Shown: one piece after another, positions 32,498 through 41,607 of the stretch | Numbering within the stretch: the stretch's first letter is position 1 | Layout: each line of letters starts with the position of its first letter | Virus record (IMG/VR): IMGVR_UViG_3300042465_002544 | Coordinates: 7,052 to 71,051 of that record | Reading direction: 5' to 3' (one strand) | DNA length: 64,000 bases | Source of the DNA: a virus | The notes under the pieces: model-generated | Databases searched by the model: none | What the model was told of the DNA's origin: nothing | Seen by the model: the letters and a program-made list of their open reading frames with translations, nothing else | Program-made: the position numbers and the translations under genes

Positions 32498-32685
32498 TAA
32501 ATCCAAATGATTTTATAAATACTACTCCAAAGCAGGAAGAACCAGAAGAAGAGTTAAATACTGTTGGTGGTACATTTATTTGTCAAGAGTGTCTTGTGCC
32601 AGTTAAAGAGGCTCTCTTAAATGAAGATACAATGACCCTGACATATACCTGCAATGATGGACATAATAATGAGGCGACAATTTGA
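32494..32685 (+). CDS. Small zinc-binding hypothetical protein
   Basis: CQEC...CNDGH. Confidence 0.6.
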   Translation: MINPNDFINTTPKQEEPEEELNTVGGTFICQECLVPVKEALLNEDTMTLTYTCNDGHNNEATI

Positions 32686-32987
32686 GTGAAGCAGCAGAGT
32701 TAAAACGTATTGGTGCAAAGGCACATAAAAACTCTGGTCGTGGTCAATATTATAAGGGTGACGGTAATACAGATGAGTTTATTGTAGATGTAAAAGAAGC
32801 AGGTAAAAGCTTTACTCTTAACCAAGATGTATGGGCTAAGATCGTCACAGACACCCTCAGAACGGATAAAACAAAATATCCTGCCTTACTACTGGCTATT
32901 GGGGAAACACAAAAGATAAGATTAGCAGTCATTGAATGGGCTGCCCTAGAAGATTTAATGGAGAGAGCAAATGGAATCAACACTTGA
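32682..32987 (+). CDS. PD-(D/E)xK Holliday-junction-resolvase-like nuclease
   Basis: NSGRG..KGDG...VDVKE..KSFTL motif. Confidence 0.65.
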   Translation: MSEAAELKRIGAKAHKNSGRGQYYKGDGNTDEFIVDVKEAGKSFTLNQDVWAKIVTDTLRTDKTKYPALLLAIGETQKIRLAVIEWAALEDLMERANGINT

Positions 32988-33306
32988 GTTTATTAGTCAA
33001 GTAACAGAGTTTAATGATCTGCATGAATATATGAAAGACCCAGAGCTAGATGAAGCGATGGCATTGATTGTAAAGATTATGATGAAGCCAGATATTCCAT
33101 CTGTTCAAGCGGTAGCCCTAATTGGAAAACTACAAGCAATGTCTGCTAAGTTTGCTATTCTTGCAACTTATTATACAACGATTGCAAAAGGTCCATCAGG
33201 AAGTGTAAACAACACAAAAAAGAATGTATACTATACAATGAAAGAATCAATAGACAAAATCGTAGATGCCTTAAAGTATCTTGCACGATACAACTTAGGA
33301 GCATAG
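32971..33306 (+). CDS. Hypothetical protein
   Basis: 111-aa helical ORF with GGAG RBS in the recombination cluster. Confidence 0.65.
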   Translation: MESTLEFISQVTEFNDLHEYMKDPELDEAMALIVKIMMKPDIPSVQAVALIGKLQAMSAKFAILATYYTTIAKGPSGSVNNTKKNVYYTMKESIDKIVDALKYLARYNLGA

Positions 33307-33307
33307 A

Positions 33308-34090
33308 ATGGCTAAAAATTTAATAGGAAGTCTAGTAACAAAACCAAGAGATACAAAGCTAGATGCAAAGAAATACCGTCTTGCATTGGGTAAGGCATAT
33401 CTAGCAGGTAAGAATGGCATTCAGTTTACAACAAAGAAAACATTTTCACCATCTACCGTTGGTTATGGTTATGGCAAGTGCCCAAGATATTGGAATCTTG
33501 CATTTAGCGGTGTAGATTTTAAAAATAGTTTTAATGCTCAAGGTATGGCTGCAATGAATGCAGGTACACAGGCACACGATCGTATTCAATCTGCTATGGG
33601 CAAAATGGAATATGGAAAGCTTGTACAACTTGAGCGTGAAGTAAAAGTATCAGACCCACCTATTCGTGGTTTTGCAGATGCAATTATTGAGATTGACGGT
33701 GAAGAGATTGTCGGTGAAATCAAAACAGTTAAGTCAGAAGGTTTTGATATTCGTAAAGATACTTCTACTGGTGCAGATAGTCACGTTGTTCAGTTATTGA
33801 TTTATATGAAGGCTATGGATATGAAGGAAGGTTTCTTCCTTTATGAAAATAAAAATAGCCACGAGCTTGCCTGTATCCCTATCGTAATGTCTGAAGAAAA
33901 TGAAAAGTATGCAAACTATATCTTTGACTGGATGCGTGAAGTATATAAGGCTTGGGAAGAAAAGAAAAACATTAAAAGACCATTTACTGAAAAAAGTAGT
34001 AACTGTAACTACTGCCCTATTAAAATAGCGTGTTGGGATAAAGCAGATGGTCGTACAAAGATTGAGCCATTAGAGGTTAGGTCTTTGTGA
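33308..34090 (+). CDS. Cas4-like / PD-(D/E)xK exonuclease
   Basis: CPR, GT..H, GFAD...GEIKT, QLLIY, C-terminal CNYCPIKIAC. Confidence 0.82.
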   Translation: MAKNLIGSLVTKPRDTKLDAKKYRLALGKAYLAGKNGIQFTTKKTFSPSTVGYGYGKCPRYWNLAFSGVDFKNSFNAQGMAAMNAGTQAHDRIQSAMGKMEYGKLVQLEREVKVSDPPIRGFADAIIEIDGEEIVGEIKTVKSEGFDIRKDTSTGADSHVVQLLIYMKAMDMKEGFFLYENKNSHELACIPIVMSEENEKYANYIFDWMREVYKAWEEKKNIKRPFTEKSSNCNYCPIKIACWDKADGRTKIEPLEVRSL

Positions 34091-34389
34091 AAGATTGCGT
34101 ACAATGCAAGCAACCCTTTAACTTTAAAACACATAACCAAAAGTATTGTTCTAAAGAATGTTGTAGGCTTGCCACTAATAAAAAGATTATGCAGAAGTAT
34201 TATATTAAGAAGCAGCGTTTGGCAGGTGCAGAAAGACTATGTGCTAATTGCAAAAACCAATTAAGCAGATATAATTCAGATACTAAGTGTACAATGTGTC
34301 AAGAACTTGAAAGAAAAAATAAGGCAAACATAGCGAAAGGAAACATACAAGATGTCATTAGCAAGCTTGGCAAAGCCAAAAGCAGGTAA
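34087..34389 (+). CDS. Cys-rich zinc-finger protein
   Basis: CxxC...YCSKECC...CxxC...CxxC. Confidence 0.65.
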   Translation: MKDCVQCKQPFNFKTHNQKYCSKECCRLATNKKIMQKYYIKKQRLAGAERLCANCKNQLSRYNSDTKCTMCQELERKNKANIAKGNIQDVISKLGKAKSR

Positions 34390-34918
34390 AGTGTTAGGCA
34401 TTGATGCATCTACTGGATCTATTGCCTTTTGCTTATTTGAAAATGGTGTTCCTGTTAGATACGGAAAGTTCCCCTTAGAAGGAATGGACATTTATGAAAA
34501 GGTTGCAGATGCAGGAAAGAAAACAAGGATTGCATCGGAGTTTCTAAAGCCAGACTATGTTGCTATTGAGTCAGCAATTATGGTTAAGTCTGCTGATGCA
34601 GGTTTAAAGATTGCAATGATTGTTGGTGCAGCACTTTCTGTGTTGCTAAAACCAGGCGTTAAAACAGTTTCTATTGCACCTATCCAATGGCAAGCATTTA
34701 TTGGAAATAAAAATCCAACTAAGGCAGATAAGTTAGCATTAGAAAATGAGATTCCAGGAAAGTCTGTAACTTGGTATAAAGGTGAAATGAGAAATAGGAG
34801 AAAGCAAAAGACTATGGACTTCTTTAATACTACTTTTGGTACAGAGATTGAAGACAATGATGTTGGCGATGCTTGTGGTATTGCCTATTATGCATATAAG
34901 AATATGACGGAGAGATAA
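34352..34918 (+). CDS. RuvC-like Holliday junction resolvase
   Basis: VLGIDASTGS, VAIES, DNDVGDACGIA. Confidence 0.8.
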   Translation: MSLASLAKPKAGKVLGIDASTGSIAFCLFENGVPVRYGKFPLEGMDIYEKVADAGKKTRIASEFLKPDYVAIESAIMVKSADAGLKIAMIVGAALSVLLKPGVKTVSIAPIQWQAFIGNKNPTKADKLALENEIPGKSVTWYKGEMRNRRKQKTMDFFNTTFGTEIEDNDVGDACGIAYYAYKNMTER

Positions 34919-35085
34919 TGAGTAAACTATATCAATCAAAAACTTGGTTAACAAAGAGATATCTTATTGATAGAAAGACTATTGAAGATATTTCAAAAGA
35001 ATGTGCAACAAGCCATCAAACCATATATAGATATCTTGTTGAGTTTGATTTAATTAGGAGCCAGAGAACGTGGAAGAAAAGATAA
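34918..35085 (+). CDS. Small HTH protein (not in ORF track)
   Basis: Read manually: MSKLYQSKTWLTKRYLIDRKTIEDISKECATSHQTIYRYLVEFDLIR... Confidence 0.7.
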   Translation: MSKLYQSKTWLTKRYLIDRKTIEDISKECATSHQTIYRYLVEFDLIRSQRTWKKR

Positions 35086-36125
35086 AGATTAATTTTTCTG
35101 GTGTAACTTTAAATGCAGATTTTTCAAAACAAGATATGGGATATCCAACTGCTGCAAAAAACATTTGGACAAACCTAGAAAAGTATAATTTTGAGATTAC
35201 AACATTTGATGTAGGTTCTAGAAATATAAACCTATCCTACGCTGCTCCACCAAACAATATTATGTTTAGTGGAAAATATAACATTATGTATGGTTGTCAC
35301 GAAACCACAGAGATACCTGACTACTGGGCAGAGTGTTTAAATAAAGCAGATGAGATCTGGACACCATCAAGTTGGGTAGCAGATGTTTTTAGAAAAAAGG
35401 TAAACAAAGAAGTTTATGTTGCACCACACGGTGTATCTGGATCTTTTGTTCCTGCAAAAAGAAGACTAAAGGATAACAAGTTTATCTTCTTACACTTGGG
35501 AGAACCATATATTAGAAAAGGTGGACAGGCTACCGTAGATGCTTTCCTTAAAGAGTTTGAGGGCAATGATGATGTCTTGCTTTTAATAAAGTGTTATGAT
35601 GAGGGGCATACAATTCTTGTTCCAGACGGTGAAGGAAATATGGTAGAGCCACAAAAAATTCATAAAAATATTAAAACTTTAAGCAGATCTACAACTGCCA
35701 ATGAATATTTAAAGATACTTCACAATACTCACTGCTTAGTATTTCCATCTTGGGGAGAAGGATTTGGAATGATGCCACTTGAAGCTATGGCTAGTGGTAT
35801 GCCAGTTATTTCAACTTGGGAGTGGGCGGAATACAAAGATGATATTAGATATAAGATTGATAGTGACCTAATGCCAGTACCAGATATTTTACCAAAGTAC
35901 CTAAAAGAAACATATTTAGGTGAAATATATGTTGCTAGAATTGATTCTATACGATATAATATGAGACAGGTATATGATAATTATGAACAGGCTTTTGAGG
36001 ATGCTTGGCTAGATTCTTTTAAGGTTCATAGAAAATGGAACTGGGAAGAAGTTATTGAAAAATATGCCGTACCTAGACTTAGAAAGATAAATGGAGAATT
36101 AAATGCACGAATACACGGAGTATGA
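35070..36125 (+). CDS. Glycosyltransferase (GT-B/GT4-like)
   Basis: ADEIWTPSSW, RKG, PSWGEGFGMMPLEAMASGMPVI. Confidence 0.88.
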   Translation: MEEKIKINFSGVTLNADFSKQDMGYPTAAKNIWTNLEKYNFEITTFDVGSRNINLSYAAPPNNIMFSGKYNIMYGCHETTEIPDYWAECLNKADEIWTPSSWVADVFRKKVNKEVYVAPHGVSGSFVPAKRRLKDNKFIFLHLGEPYIRKGGQATVDAFLKEFEGNDDVLLLIKCYDEGHTILVPDGEGNMVEPQKIHKNIKTLSRSTTANEYLKILHNTHCLVFPSWGEGFGMMPLEAMASGMPVISTWEWAEYKDDIRYKIDSDLMPVPDILPKYLKETYLGEIYVARIDSIRYNMRQVYDNYEQAFEDAWLDSFKVHRKWNWEEVIEKYAVPRLRKINGELNARIHGV

Positions 36126-36366
36126 AAAGTTTCATATTGAGGTGGATCAGGTAAACCACCCACGACACTACACCTCTGATCCATCTGGCGTTGAATGTAT
36201 TCAGATTACTCGTCATAGAAACTTTAATATTGGCAATGCCTTTAAGTATCTCTGGAGAGCAGGTATTAAGGATGACCAAAGGCAGATTGAAGATTTGCAA
36301 AAAGCTATCTTTTATATTAATGATGAGATTAACAGACTAGAGGGTAAATACGATGCCAACTTATGA
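36103..36366 (+). CDS. DUF3310-like phage protein
   Basis: VNHPRHY...ECI...FNIGNAFKYLWRAG.K...EDLQKA..Y. Confidence 0.8.
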   Translation: MHEYTEYEKFHIEVDQVNHPRHYTSDPSGVECIQITRHRNFNIGNAFKYLWRAGIKDDQRQIEDLQKAIFYINDEINRLEGKYDANL

Positions 36367-36526
36367 GTATACTTGCTTAGAATGCGATAAGACTATTGAT
36401 AGAAGTAATGTAAAGGTTGATGATAGAGACCACCAAACTTGTGAAGATTGTGGAAATATTATAACTAGAAGTTGGACTATTGGCAATGTTGCTGTATGGG
36501 CTCCAACATCTGGTGGATACCGCTAA
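36353..36526 (+). CDS. FmdB-like zinc-ribbon protein (not in ORF track)
   Basis: Read manually: MPTYEYTCLECD...TCEDCG. Confidence 0.75.
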   Translation: MPTYEYTCLECDKTIDRSNVKVDDRDHQTCEDCGNIITRSWTIGNVAVWAPTSGGYR

Positions 36527-36799
36527 ATGGCTAAAAAAACCACACAGATCAAATATAACCCACTTTGGGACGTTAAGCATGAATATATACACGGCAAAGA
36601 TTTAATCACGCCTGGGACATTAGTTAAGATTAAGAATGTTCGTGGTCAGTTTAAGTTCCAAAAGTATGTTAAAAATATAGACTCAGGTATGGAATGGGTT
36701 GATGTTCTTGGTCCAACAGGCTATAGATCCTTTTATGTATACGATTTAAAGGGTATAATTAAGCCTAAGAAGAAAAGAGCAAAGAAAGAAAATGTCTGA
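36527..36799 (+). CDS. Hypothetical protein
   Basis: 90-aa basic ORF, coupled. Confidence 0.6.
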   Translation: MAKKTTQIKYNPLWDVKHEYIHGKDLITPGTLVKIKNVRGQFKFQKYVKNIDSGMEWVDVLGPTGYRSFYVYDLKGIIKPKKKRAKKENV

Positions 36800-37307
36800 A
36801 ATAGAATTAGTAGACCGTTGGGAAAACATCAACAAGGTTGCAGAAGAGTTTCTCAAGGGTAATACTAACCCCACAATCATCGCTAAAGCCCTAGAGATGA
36901 GGCGTGTAGATGTCATTGACTACCTAGAAGAATGGCGTATGGTTGTAAGAAGCGATAAGCAGGTACAACTTCGTGCTCGTGAGGCTCTAGTTGGGGCAGA
37001 CCAACACTACTCAATGCTAATTAAAGAAGCTTGGGATGTTGTAAATGAGGCTGGAAATACCAATCAACTTTCACAAAAAACTGCAGCACTAAAACTTATT
37101 TCAGATGTTCAACAAAAACAGATTGATATGCTGCAAAAAGCAGGTATGCTAGATAACCACGAGATGGCTGAAAAGATTATAGAAACAGAACAAAGGCAAG
37201 AAGTTATTGTTGGTGTTATTAGAGATGTGGTATCTAGTTGCGATAGCTGTCGTATTGAGGTAGCAGAAAGACTTTCAAAGATAAGCGACAAAGCAGAGGA
37301 AATCTAA
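36792..37307 (+). CDS. Putative terminase small subunit
   Basis: N-terminal HTH-like segment, helical, directly upstream of TerL. Confidence 0.55.
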   Translation: MSEIELVDRWENINKVAEEFLKGNTNPTIIAKALEMRRVDVIDYLEEWRMVVRSDKQVQLRAREALVGADQHYSMLIKEAWDVVNEAGNTNQLSQKTAALKLISDVQQKQIDMLQKAGMLDNHEMAEKIIETEQRQEVIVGVIRDVVSSCDSCRIEVAERLSKISDKAEEI

Positions 37308-39088
37308 TGTTTGAAGATATGTTAGATCTTCTTGGTGGTGACGAGTTTGATGAAAGACCAGTAGCACTTGAAGAGTTTGTTACAAGTGAGGACTTTCTTG
37401 GTCTACCACCACTATCTGATTATCAATACACATCTATTCGTGCAATGAGTCAGATATATAAGAAAGCAACTTTAATTAATCTCTTTGGCGAAGAAGAGGG
37501 TGAGAAAAGATGGAAGCAAACTTGTAATGAAGTAATCCTTCAACTTGGTAAAGGTTCTGGCAAGGATTATATGTCAACTATTTCTGTGGCATATATTGTT
37601 TATCTTTTGCTTTGTCTTAAAGATCCTGCTAAATATTTTGGTAAACCTCCAGGAGACTCTATTGATATTCTTAATATTGCTATCAATGCTGAACAGGCTA
37701 AGAATGTTTTCTTCAAGGGATTTAAAACCCGTATTGAAAAGTCACCTTGGTTTGTTGGAAAGTATACGCCAACCGCAGGTGCAATGACATTTGATAAAGG
37801 TATTACTTGTCACTCAGGACACTCTGAAAGAGAGTCTTGGGAAGGCTACAACGTAATTATGGTTATCCTAGATGAGATATCAGGCTTTGCCACAGACTCT
37901 ACATCAGGACACGATCAAGCTAAAACCGCTTCGGCACTGTATGATATGTATCGTGCATCGGTAGACTCTCGCTTCCCAGACTTTGGTAAAGTTGTTTTGC
38001 TTTCATTCCCACGCTATCGTAATGACTACATTCAAGAGCGTTACAATGCGGTGATTGCTTCTAAAGAAGTTATAATGAGACAACATACATTTAAACTTGA
38101 TGAAGAACTTGAAGGCAATGATGACACAGCAGAAAATTACTTTACGGTTGAATGGGAAGAAGATATTATTGAAGCATACAAGTTTCCAAAAGTGTTTGCT
38201 TTGAGACGACCAACTTGGGAAATTAATCCAACTAGATCTATTAATGATTTTAAGATTTCATTCTACACAAAACCAACAGATGCCTTATCTCGTTTTGCTT
38301 GTATGCCACCAGATGCCATAGATGCTTTGTTCCGTTCAAAGGAAAAGATAGATGCTTGCTTTAATCAGGTAAATATTGCGGTGGATCAAGATGGCAGGTT
38401 TGCTGCGTCATTCCAACCAGACAAGGATAAGCAATACTATATACACGTTGACCTTGCACAAAAGCATGACCACTGTGCTGTATCTTTATCACACGTTGAA
38501 AAGTGGGTAAAGGTAAATAGCTTTAATGATAAAGATGTTGTAAGTCCTATTGTGGTTGTAGATGCTGTTAGGTGGTGGACACCAACTGCAGAAAAAACGG
38601 TAGACTTTAAGGAAGTAAAAGCATATATCCTTAGCCTTAGAGAGCGTGGATTTAATGTTAAACTTGTAACCTTTGACCGTTGGAATAGCCTTGATATTAT
38701 GAATGAACTAATTGCGGTGGGTATGAAATCAGAAACACTTTCAGTTGCCAAGAGACATTATGACGATATGGTTTTATTAGTAGCAGAAGAAAGAATTGTT
38801 GGTCCTGCTATTTCACTTTTAACAGAAGAACTATTGCAATTACGCATCATTCGTGATAAAGTAGATCATCCAAGAAAAGGCTCAAAGGATTTAGCAGATG
38901 CAGTTTGTGGTTCAATATATAATGCTATTGCTCGCACACCAAAAAATATTGGAGAAGTAGAAATACAGATACATTCATATGAACAATTTGTTGATGATCC
39001 TGATTTTGATCCAGAAGAGTTAAGACCAGGAAATAAAAAGATTTCTGTGGATATTCTAGACTTTTTGGGAGGAATGAATGCCATTTAA
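37307..39088 (+). CDS. terL: Terminase large subunit
   Basis: Walker A GKGSGKD, Walker B VILDEISGF, nuclease HVDLAQKHD, TFDRWNS, DHP..GSKDLADA. Confidence 0.9.
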   Translation: MFEDMLDLLGGDEFDERPVALEEFVTSEDFLGLPPLSDYQYTSIRAMSQIYKKATLINLFGEEEGEKRWKQTCNEVILQLGKGSGKDYMSTISVAYIVYLLLCLKDPAKYFGKPPGDSIDILNIAINAEQAKNVFFKGFKTRIEKSPWFVGKYTPTAGAMTFDKGITCHSGHSERESWEGYNVIMVILDEISGFATDSTSGHDQAKTASALYDMYRASVDSRFPDFGKVVLLSFPRYRNDYIQERYNAVIASKEVIMRQHTFKLDEELEGNDDTAENYFTVEWEEDIIEAYKFPKVFALRRPTWEINPTRSINDFKISFYTKPTDALSRFACMPPDAIDALFRSKEKIDACFNQVNIAVDQDGRFAASFQPDKDKQYYIHVDLAQKHDHCAVSLSHVEKWVKVNSFNDKDVVSPIVVVDAVRWWTPTAEKTVDFKEVKAYILSLRERGFNVKLVTFDRWNSLDIMNELIAVGMKSETLSVAKRHYDDMVLLVAEERIVGPAISLLTEELLQLRIIRDKVDHPRKGSKDLADAVCGSIYNAIARTPKNIGEVEIQIHSYEQFVDDPDFDPEELRPGNKKISVDILDFLGGMNAI

Positions 39089-39464
39089 TAACGAAGACTT
39101 TTATGAAGAAGATTTTGATCAAGAGAAGTTAGATGATCTTATGAGGTATCTGATAGAAGATGGCTATTTGCTAGAAACTGGTTTGGATGAAAATGGAGAA
39201 GCACTATATCAGACTACATCAAAGTTTAGCGAAGATTTTCCAGATATGTTTGAAGAACAGATATCTGAAACTAATATAACCATTTATGAATTATGGATGA
39301 TGGGACTATTAGATGTGACGGTAAAGGAAGAAATTAATGACTGGGTGGTAATAGTCACTGATAAAACAATGAATTGTGATTTAAGTACCTTAAGCCAAGA
39401 CCAGAAGAATGTAATTTTGCAATTAAGATATAAGACTTTGTATCCAAAAGATGATACAATTTAG
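39078..39464 (+). CDS. Acidic hypothetical protein
   Basis: 128-aa ORF; GGAGG RBS. Confidence 0.6.
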   Translation: MPFNNEDFYEEDFDQEKLDDLMRYLIEDGYLLETGLDENGEALYQTTSKFSEDFPDMFEEQISETNITIYELWMMGLLDVTVKEEINDWVVIVTDKTMNCDLSTLSQDQKNVILQLRYKTLYPKDDTI

Positions 39465-39476
39465 TGTCAAAAAGTA

Positions 39477-39505
39477 TTGACATTTTAGCTAAAAGAAGGT
39501 AATAT
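39477..39505 (+). promoter_or_regulatory. SigA-type promoter (leaderless)
   Basis: TTGACA-17-TAATAT; ATG 6 nt downstream. Confidence 0.65.
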
Positions 39506-39511
39506 ATAACT

Positions 39512-39853
39512 ATGGAAACAACATTTGAAGATAAGGTTGCATATGTAGCAACATCGTTCTATCGCCGTTTTGACGATAGTGAAGAAGGCTTTGATGCCAC
39601 CAACGAATACCCTTCGGTACTTCGTACAATTTTTACTCGTAATGATATGGCAGGTCCTCTTGCTTTAGCATTGTTTAATGGTGACATTGAACTAAAGGGT
39701 GACAGTGCAAAGAAATGGATTGAAGAGTCCTTTGATATTCTTACTTCAGTATTTGGAGACCCAAATATTAAAGAGGAAGAAGTTCCAGAAACTCCCAAGC
39801 TAGAAGCAAAGCCTAAGAAAGCTCCTGCAAAAAAGGTAGCAGCAAAGTCTTAA
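39512..39853 (+). CDS. Hypothetical protein with histone-like KKAPAKK tail
   Basis: 113-aa ORF. Confidence 0.65.
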   Translation: METTFEDKVAYVATSFYRRFDDSEEGFDATNEYPSVLRTIFTRNDMAGPLALALFNGDIELKGDSAKKWIEESFDILTSVFGDPNIKEEEVPETPKLEAKPKKAPAKKVAAKS

Positions 39854-39861
39854 GTAGGTTA

Positions 39862-39934
39862 GCCTCGTTGGTCTAGGGGTTAGGACGCTTCCCTTTCACG
39901 GAAGAGATCAGGGGTTCGATCCCCCTACGAGGTA
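39862..39934 (+). tRNA. tRNA-Glu(TTC)
   Basis: Acceptor GCCTCGT/ACGAGGT; anticodon arm CTTCC-CTTTCAC-GGAAG; GGTTCGATCC T-loop. Confidence 0.92.
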
Positions 39935-39998
39935 CAGCAATATATGTTTGTCAGTTGCATATATTCCCACATGTAAAGTGGCATGGCAAACTGACAAT

Positions 39999-40069
39999 GC
40001 GAATGTTGCATAATGGTAGTGCTCCTTCCTTCCAAGTAGGTGGCGAGAGTTCGATTCTCTCCATTCGCT
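39999..40069 (+). tRNA. tRNA-Gly(TCC)
   Basis: GCGAATG/CATTCGC acceptor, U73, loop CTTCCAA, GTTCGATTC. Confidence 0.88.
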
Positions 40070-40071
40070 CA

Positions 40072-40115
40072 AAGGAAAGAGATTGACATAATATAACTTG
40101 TTGGTCTCTTTCCTT
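40072..40115 (+). terminator. Long hairpin between tRNAs (terminator or processing stem)
   Basis: AAGGAAAGAGATTGACA / TGTTGGTCTCTTTCCTT inverted repeat. Confidence 0.45.
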
Positions 40116-40118
40116 CTA

Positions 40119-40191
40119 TCCCCAATAGCTCAATCGGCAGAGCGTCAAACTGTTAATTTGAATGTTCCTAGTTCAAGTCTAGGTTGGGGAG
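40119..40191 (+). tRNA. tRNA-Asn(GTT)
   Basis: TCCCCAA/TTGGGGA, G73, TCAAA-CTGTTAA-TTTGA. Confidence 0.92.
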
Positions 40192-40209
40192 CTCGGAGGC
40201 AGACGTTCT

Positions 40210-40288
40210 GCTGGATATGTCTCAAGGTGGGGCAGCTGACTGTAAATCAGTGGCGGATGCATGGTAGGTTCGATTCCTACATCCAGCA
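40210..40288 (+). tRNA. tRNA-Tyr(GTA)
   Basis: GCTGGAT/ATCCAGC, CTGA-CTGTAAA-TCAG, extended variable region, GGTTCGATTCC. Confidence 0.85.
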
Positions 40289-40324
40289 CTAACAAAACAC
40301 TATAAAAGAGAGTATACTGGTAAT

Positions 40325-40546
40325 ATGATTGAAACACAAGAAGTAGTAGATCGTCAATTAAAGGTTGCAGATAGATGTGACAAGTGTGGATCCCAAGCCT
40401 TTGTGCTTGTTAAGGGTATTTCTGGAGAACTAATGTTTTGTGGACACCACTATACAAAAAACCAAGATGCATTAGAAAAATATGCATATGAGATTGTTGA
40501 TGAAAGAGAACATATAAACGCAACATCAGCATCTAGTCCTATTTAA
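40325..40546 (+). CDS. Small zinc-binding protein (DRCDxCG...FCGHH type)
   Basis: ADRCDKCGSQA...LMFCGHH motif common in Actinobacteria and actinophages. Confidence 0.7.
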   Translation: MIETQEVVDRQLKVADRCDKCGSQAFVLVKGISGELMFCGHHYTKNQDALEKYAYEIVDEREHINATSASSPI

Positions 40547-40551
40547 TTTTA

Positions 40552-40625
40552 GGGGTGGTAGCTCAGTTGGTCAGAGCCCTGAACTCATAATTCAGTATGC
40601 GTCAGTTCAAGTCTGACTCACCCCA
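40552..40625 (+). tRNA. tRNA with CAT anticodon (elongator Met or Ile2)
   Basis: GGGGTGG/TCACCCC, CTGAA-CTCATAA-TTCAG; paired 1-72 and no 3GC anticodon stem, so not an initiator. Confidence 0.88.
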
Positions 40626-40626
40626 C

Positions 40627-40699
40627 GCCCTCGTAGCTAAGTGGATATAGCGAATGGTTTCTACCCATTAGGACGGGAGTTCGAATCTCTCCGAGGGTA
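40627..40699 (+). tRNA. tRNA-Arg(TCT)
   Basis: GCCCTCG/CGAGGGT, AATGG-TTTCTAC-CCATT, GTTCGAATC. Confidence 0.9.
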
Positions 40700-40758
40700 C
40701 TTTGCTGATATAATTAACTTGGGATATATCCCTAATTTATTAGAAAAGAGTGATTCAA

Positions 40759-41148
40759 ATGGGTTCACCTATTAAAGGTGGTAAGGTTACAACACCTTAC
40801 AAGAAACTTGGTAAGATGTGGAGCAAGGGCTATCACACAGGAGTAGACTATGCTTGCAAAGTTGGAACAGACATTGTTGCTGTTGCAGATGGTAAGATTG
40901 AAAATGCTACTTGGGGTGCCAGCTATGGGACACAGTTAGTTCAAAAAGTTGAAGGTGGCTGGGTAATCTATGCACACCTTTCAAAGTCTCTAGTTAAGGC
41001 TGGAGATAAGGTAAAGAAGGGACAGCACATTGCTGAATCTGGTAATACAGGTAACTCCTCTGGTCCACATTTACATTTTGAAATGAGAGATAACATTAGA
41101 TGGAGTGCAGGTAAAGATATTGATCCTGCTAAGATTCTAGCATCTTAA
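40759..41148 (+). CDS. M23 family peptidoglycan endopeptidase (endolysin catalytic domain)
   Basis: HTGVD, YAHLS, SGNTGNSSGPHLHFE. Confidence 0.92.
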   Translation: MGSPIKGGKVTTPYKKLGKMWSKGYHTGVDYACKVGTDIVAVADGKIENATWGASYGTQLVQKVEGGWVIYAHLSKSLVKAGDKVKKGQHIAESGNTGNSSGPHLHFEMRDNIRWSAGKDIDPAKILAS

Positions 41149-41161
41149 TTAAGTAAATAAT

Positions 41162-41199
41162 AAAAACCCTTGACTTTTGTTAGGGGTTTTTGTTATAAT
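41162..41199 (+). terminator. Intrinsic terminator hairpin overlapping the next promoter
   Basis: AAAAACCCTTGAC-TTTT-GTTAGGGGTTTTT; contains TTGACT with TATAAT 18 nt downstream. Confidence 0.65.
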
Positions 41200-41205
41200 T
41201 GGGGT

Positions 41206-41592
41206 ATGAGCGAATATGTATCTTGGAAAGCTGGAGATCCAAAAATAAAACCAGCACCATTAAAAGTTAAACCAAAAACTTGGACTTTATTAACTTTTGA
41301 TGAAGGAAATGTAATTACACCAAAAGCAAATGGTACAGCTATCTGGGGATTCTATGTAAATGTAGATGAAACAGGTGGAGCAAAAACGATGAAGCTAAGA
41401 TGGCTTCGTGAACCAAATGGTATTAAAGATTTCACTGGACAAAGAGTGCTTGATTTAGAAACTTCAACTATTCATAGCGATCTTTGGATGTTCAATGCAA
41501 AGAAAGGTCAGCCTGTTGGCATTGAGGTCTATCATGCAGGAGCAAGTGACATGATAATTGTTACTCGTGAATGCAAAATGTGGATACCTTAA
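41206..41592 (+). CDS. Hypothetical beta-rich protein, paralog of 58344..58847
   Basis: Shared WT.L.F, K.R..RE..G.D.T, QPV and KMW.P motifs. Confidence 0.65.
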   Translation: MSEYVSWKAGDPKIKPAPLKVKPKTWTLLTFDEGNVITPKANGTAIWGFYVNVDETGGAKTMKLRWLREPNGIKDFTGQRVLDLETSTIHSDLWMFNAKKGQPVGIEVYHAGASDMIIVTRECKMWIP

Positions 41593-41607
41593 TAGTATAA
41601 TATAGTA

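Noticed and set aside
33308-34090. Cas4-like gene as part of a CRISPR system
   Set aside because: No repeat-spacer array or other cas genes are visible; solo Cas4-like exonucleases are routine in phage recombination modules
24639-39088. Inteins or introns in DnaB, DnaE, RecA or TerL
   Set aside because: Lengths are ordinary and no C/S...HN intein ends or ORF interruptions were seen
39939-39997. HDV-like theta ribozyme after tRNA-Glu
   Set aside because: No nested P3/L3/P1.1 arrangement could be drawn; kept only as a generic pseudoknot
40098-40292. 64-aa plus-strand ORF
   Set aside because: It overlaps tRNA-Asn and tRNA-Tyr and is spurious
40627-40699. Possible amber suppressor tRNA (CTA appears in the loop) and stop-codon recoding
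   Set aside because: The 7-nt loop TTTCTAC centres on TCT (Arg); genes end normally in TAA, TAG and TGA, with no fragmented ORFs
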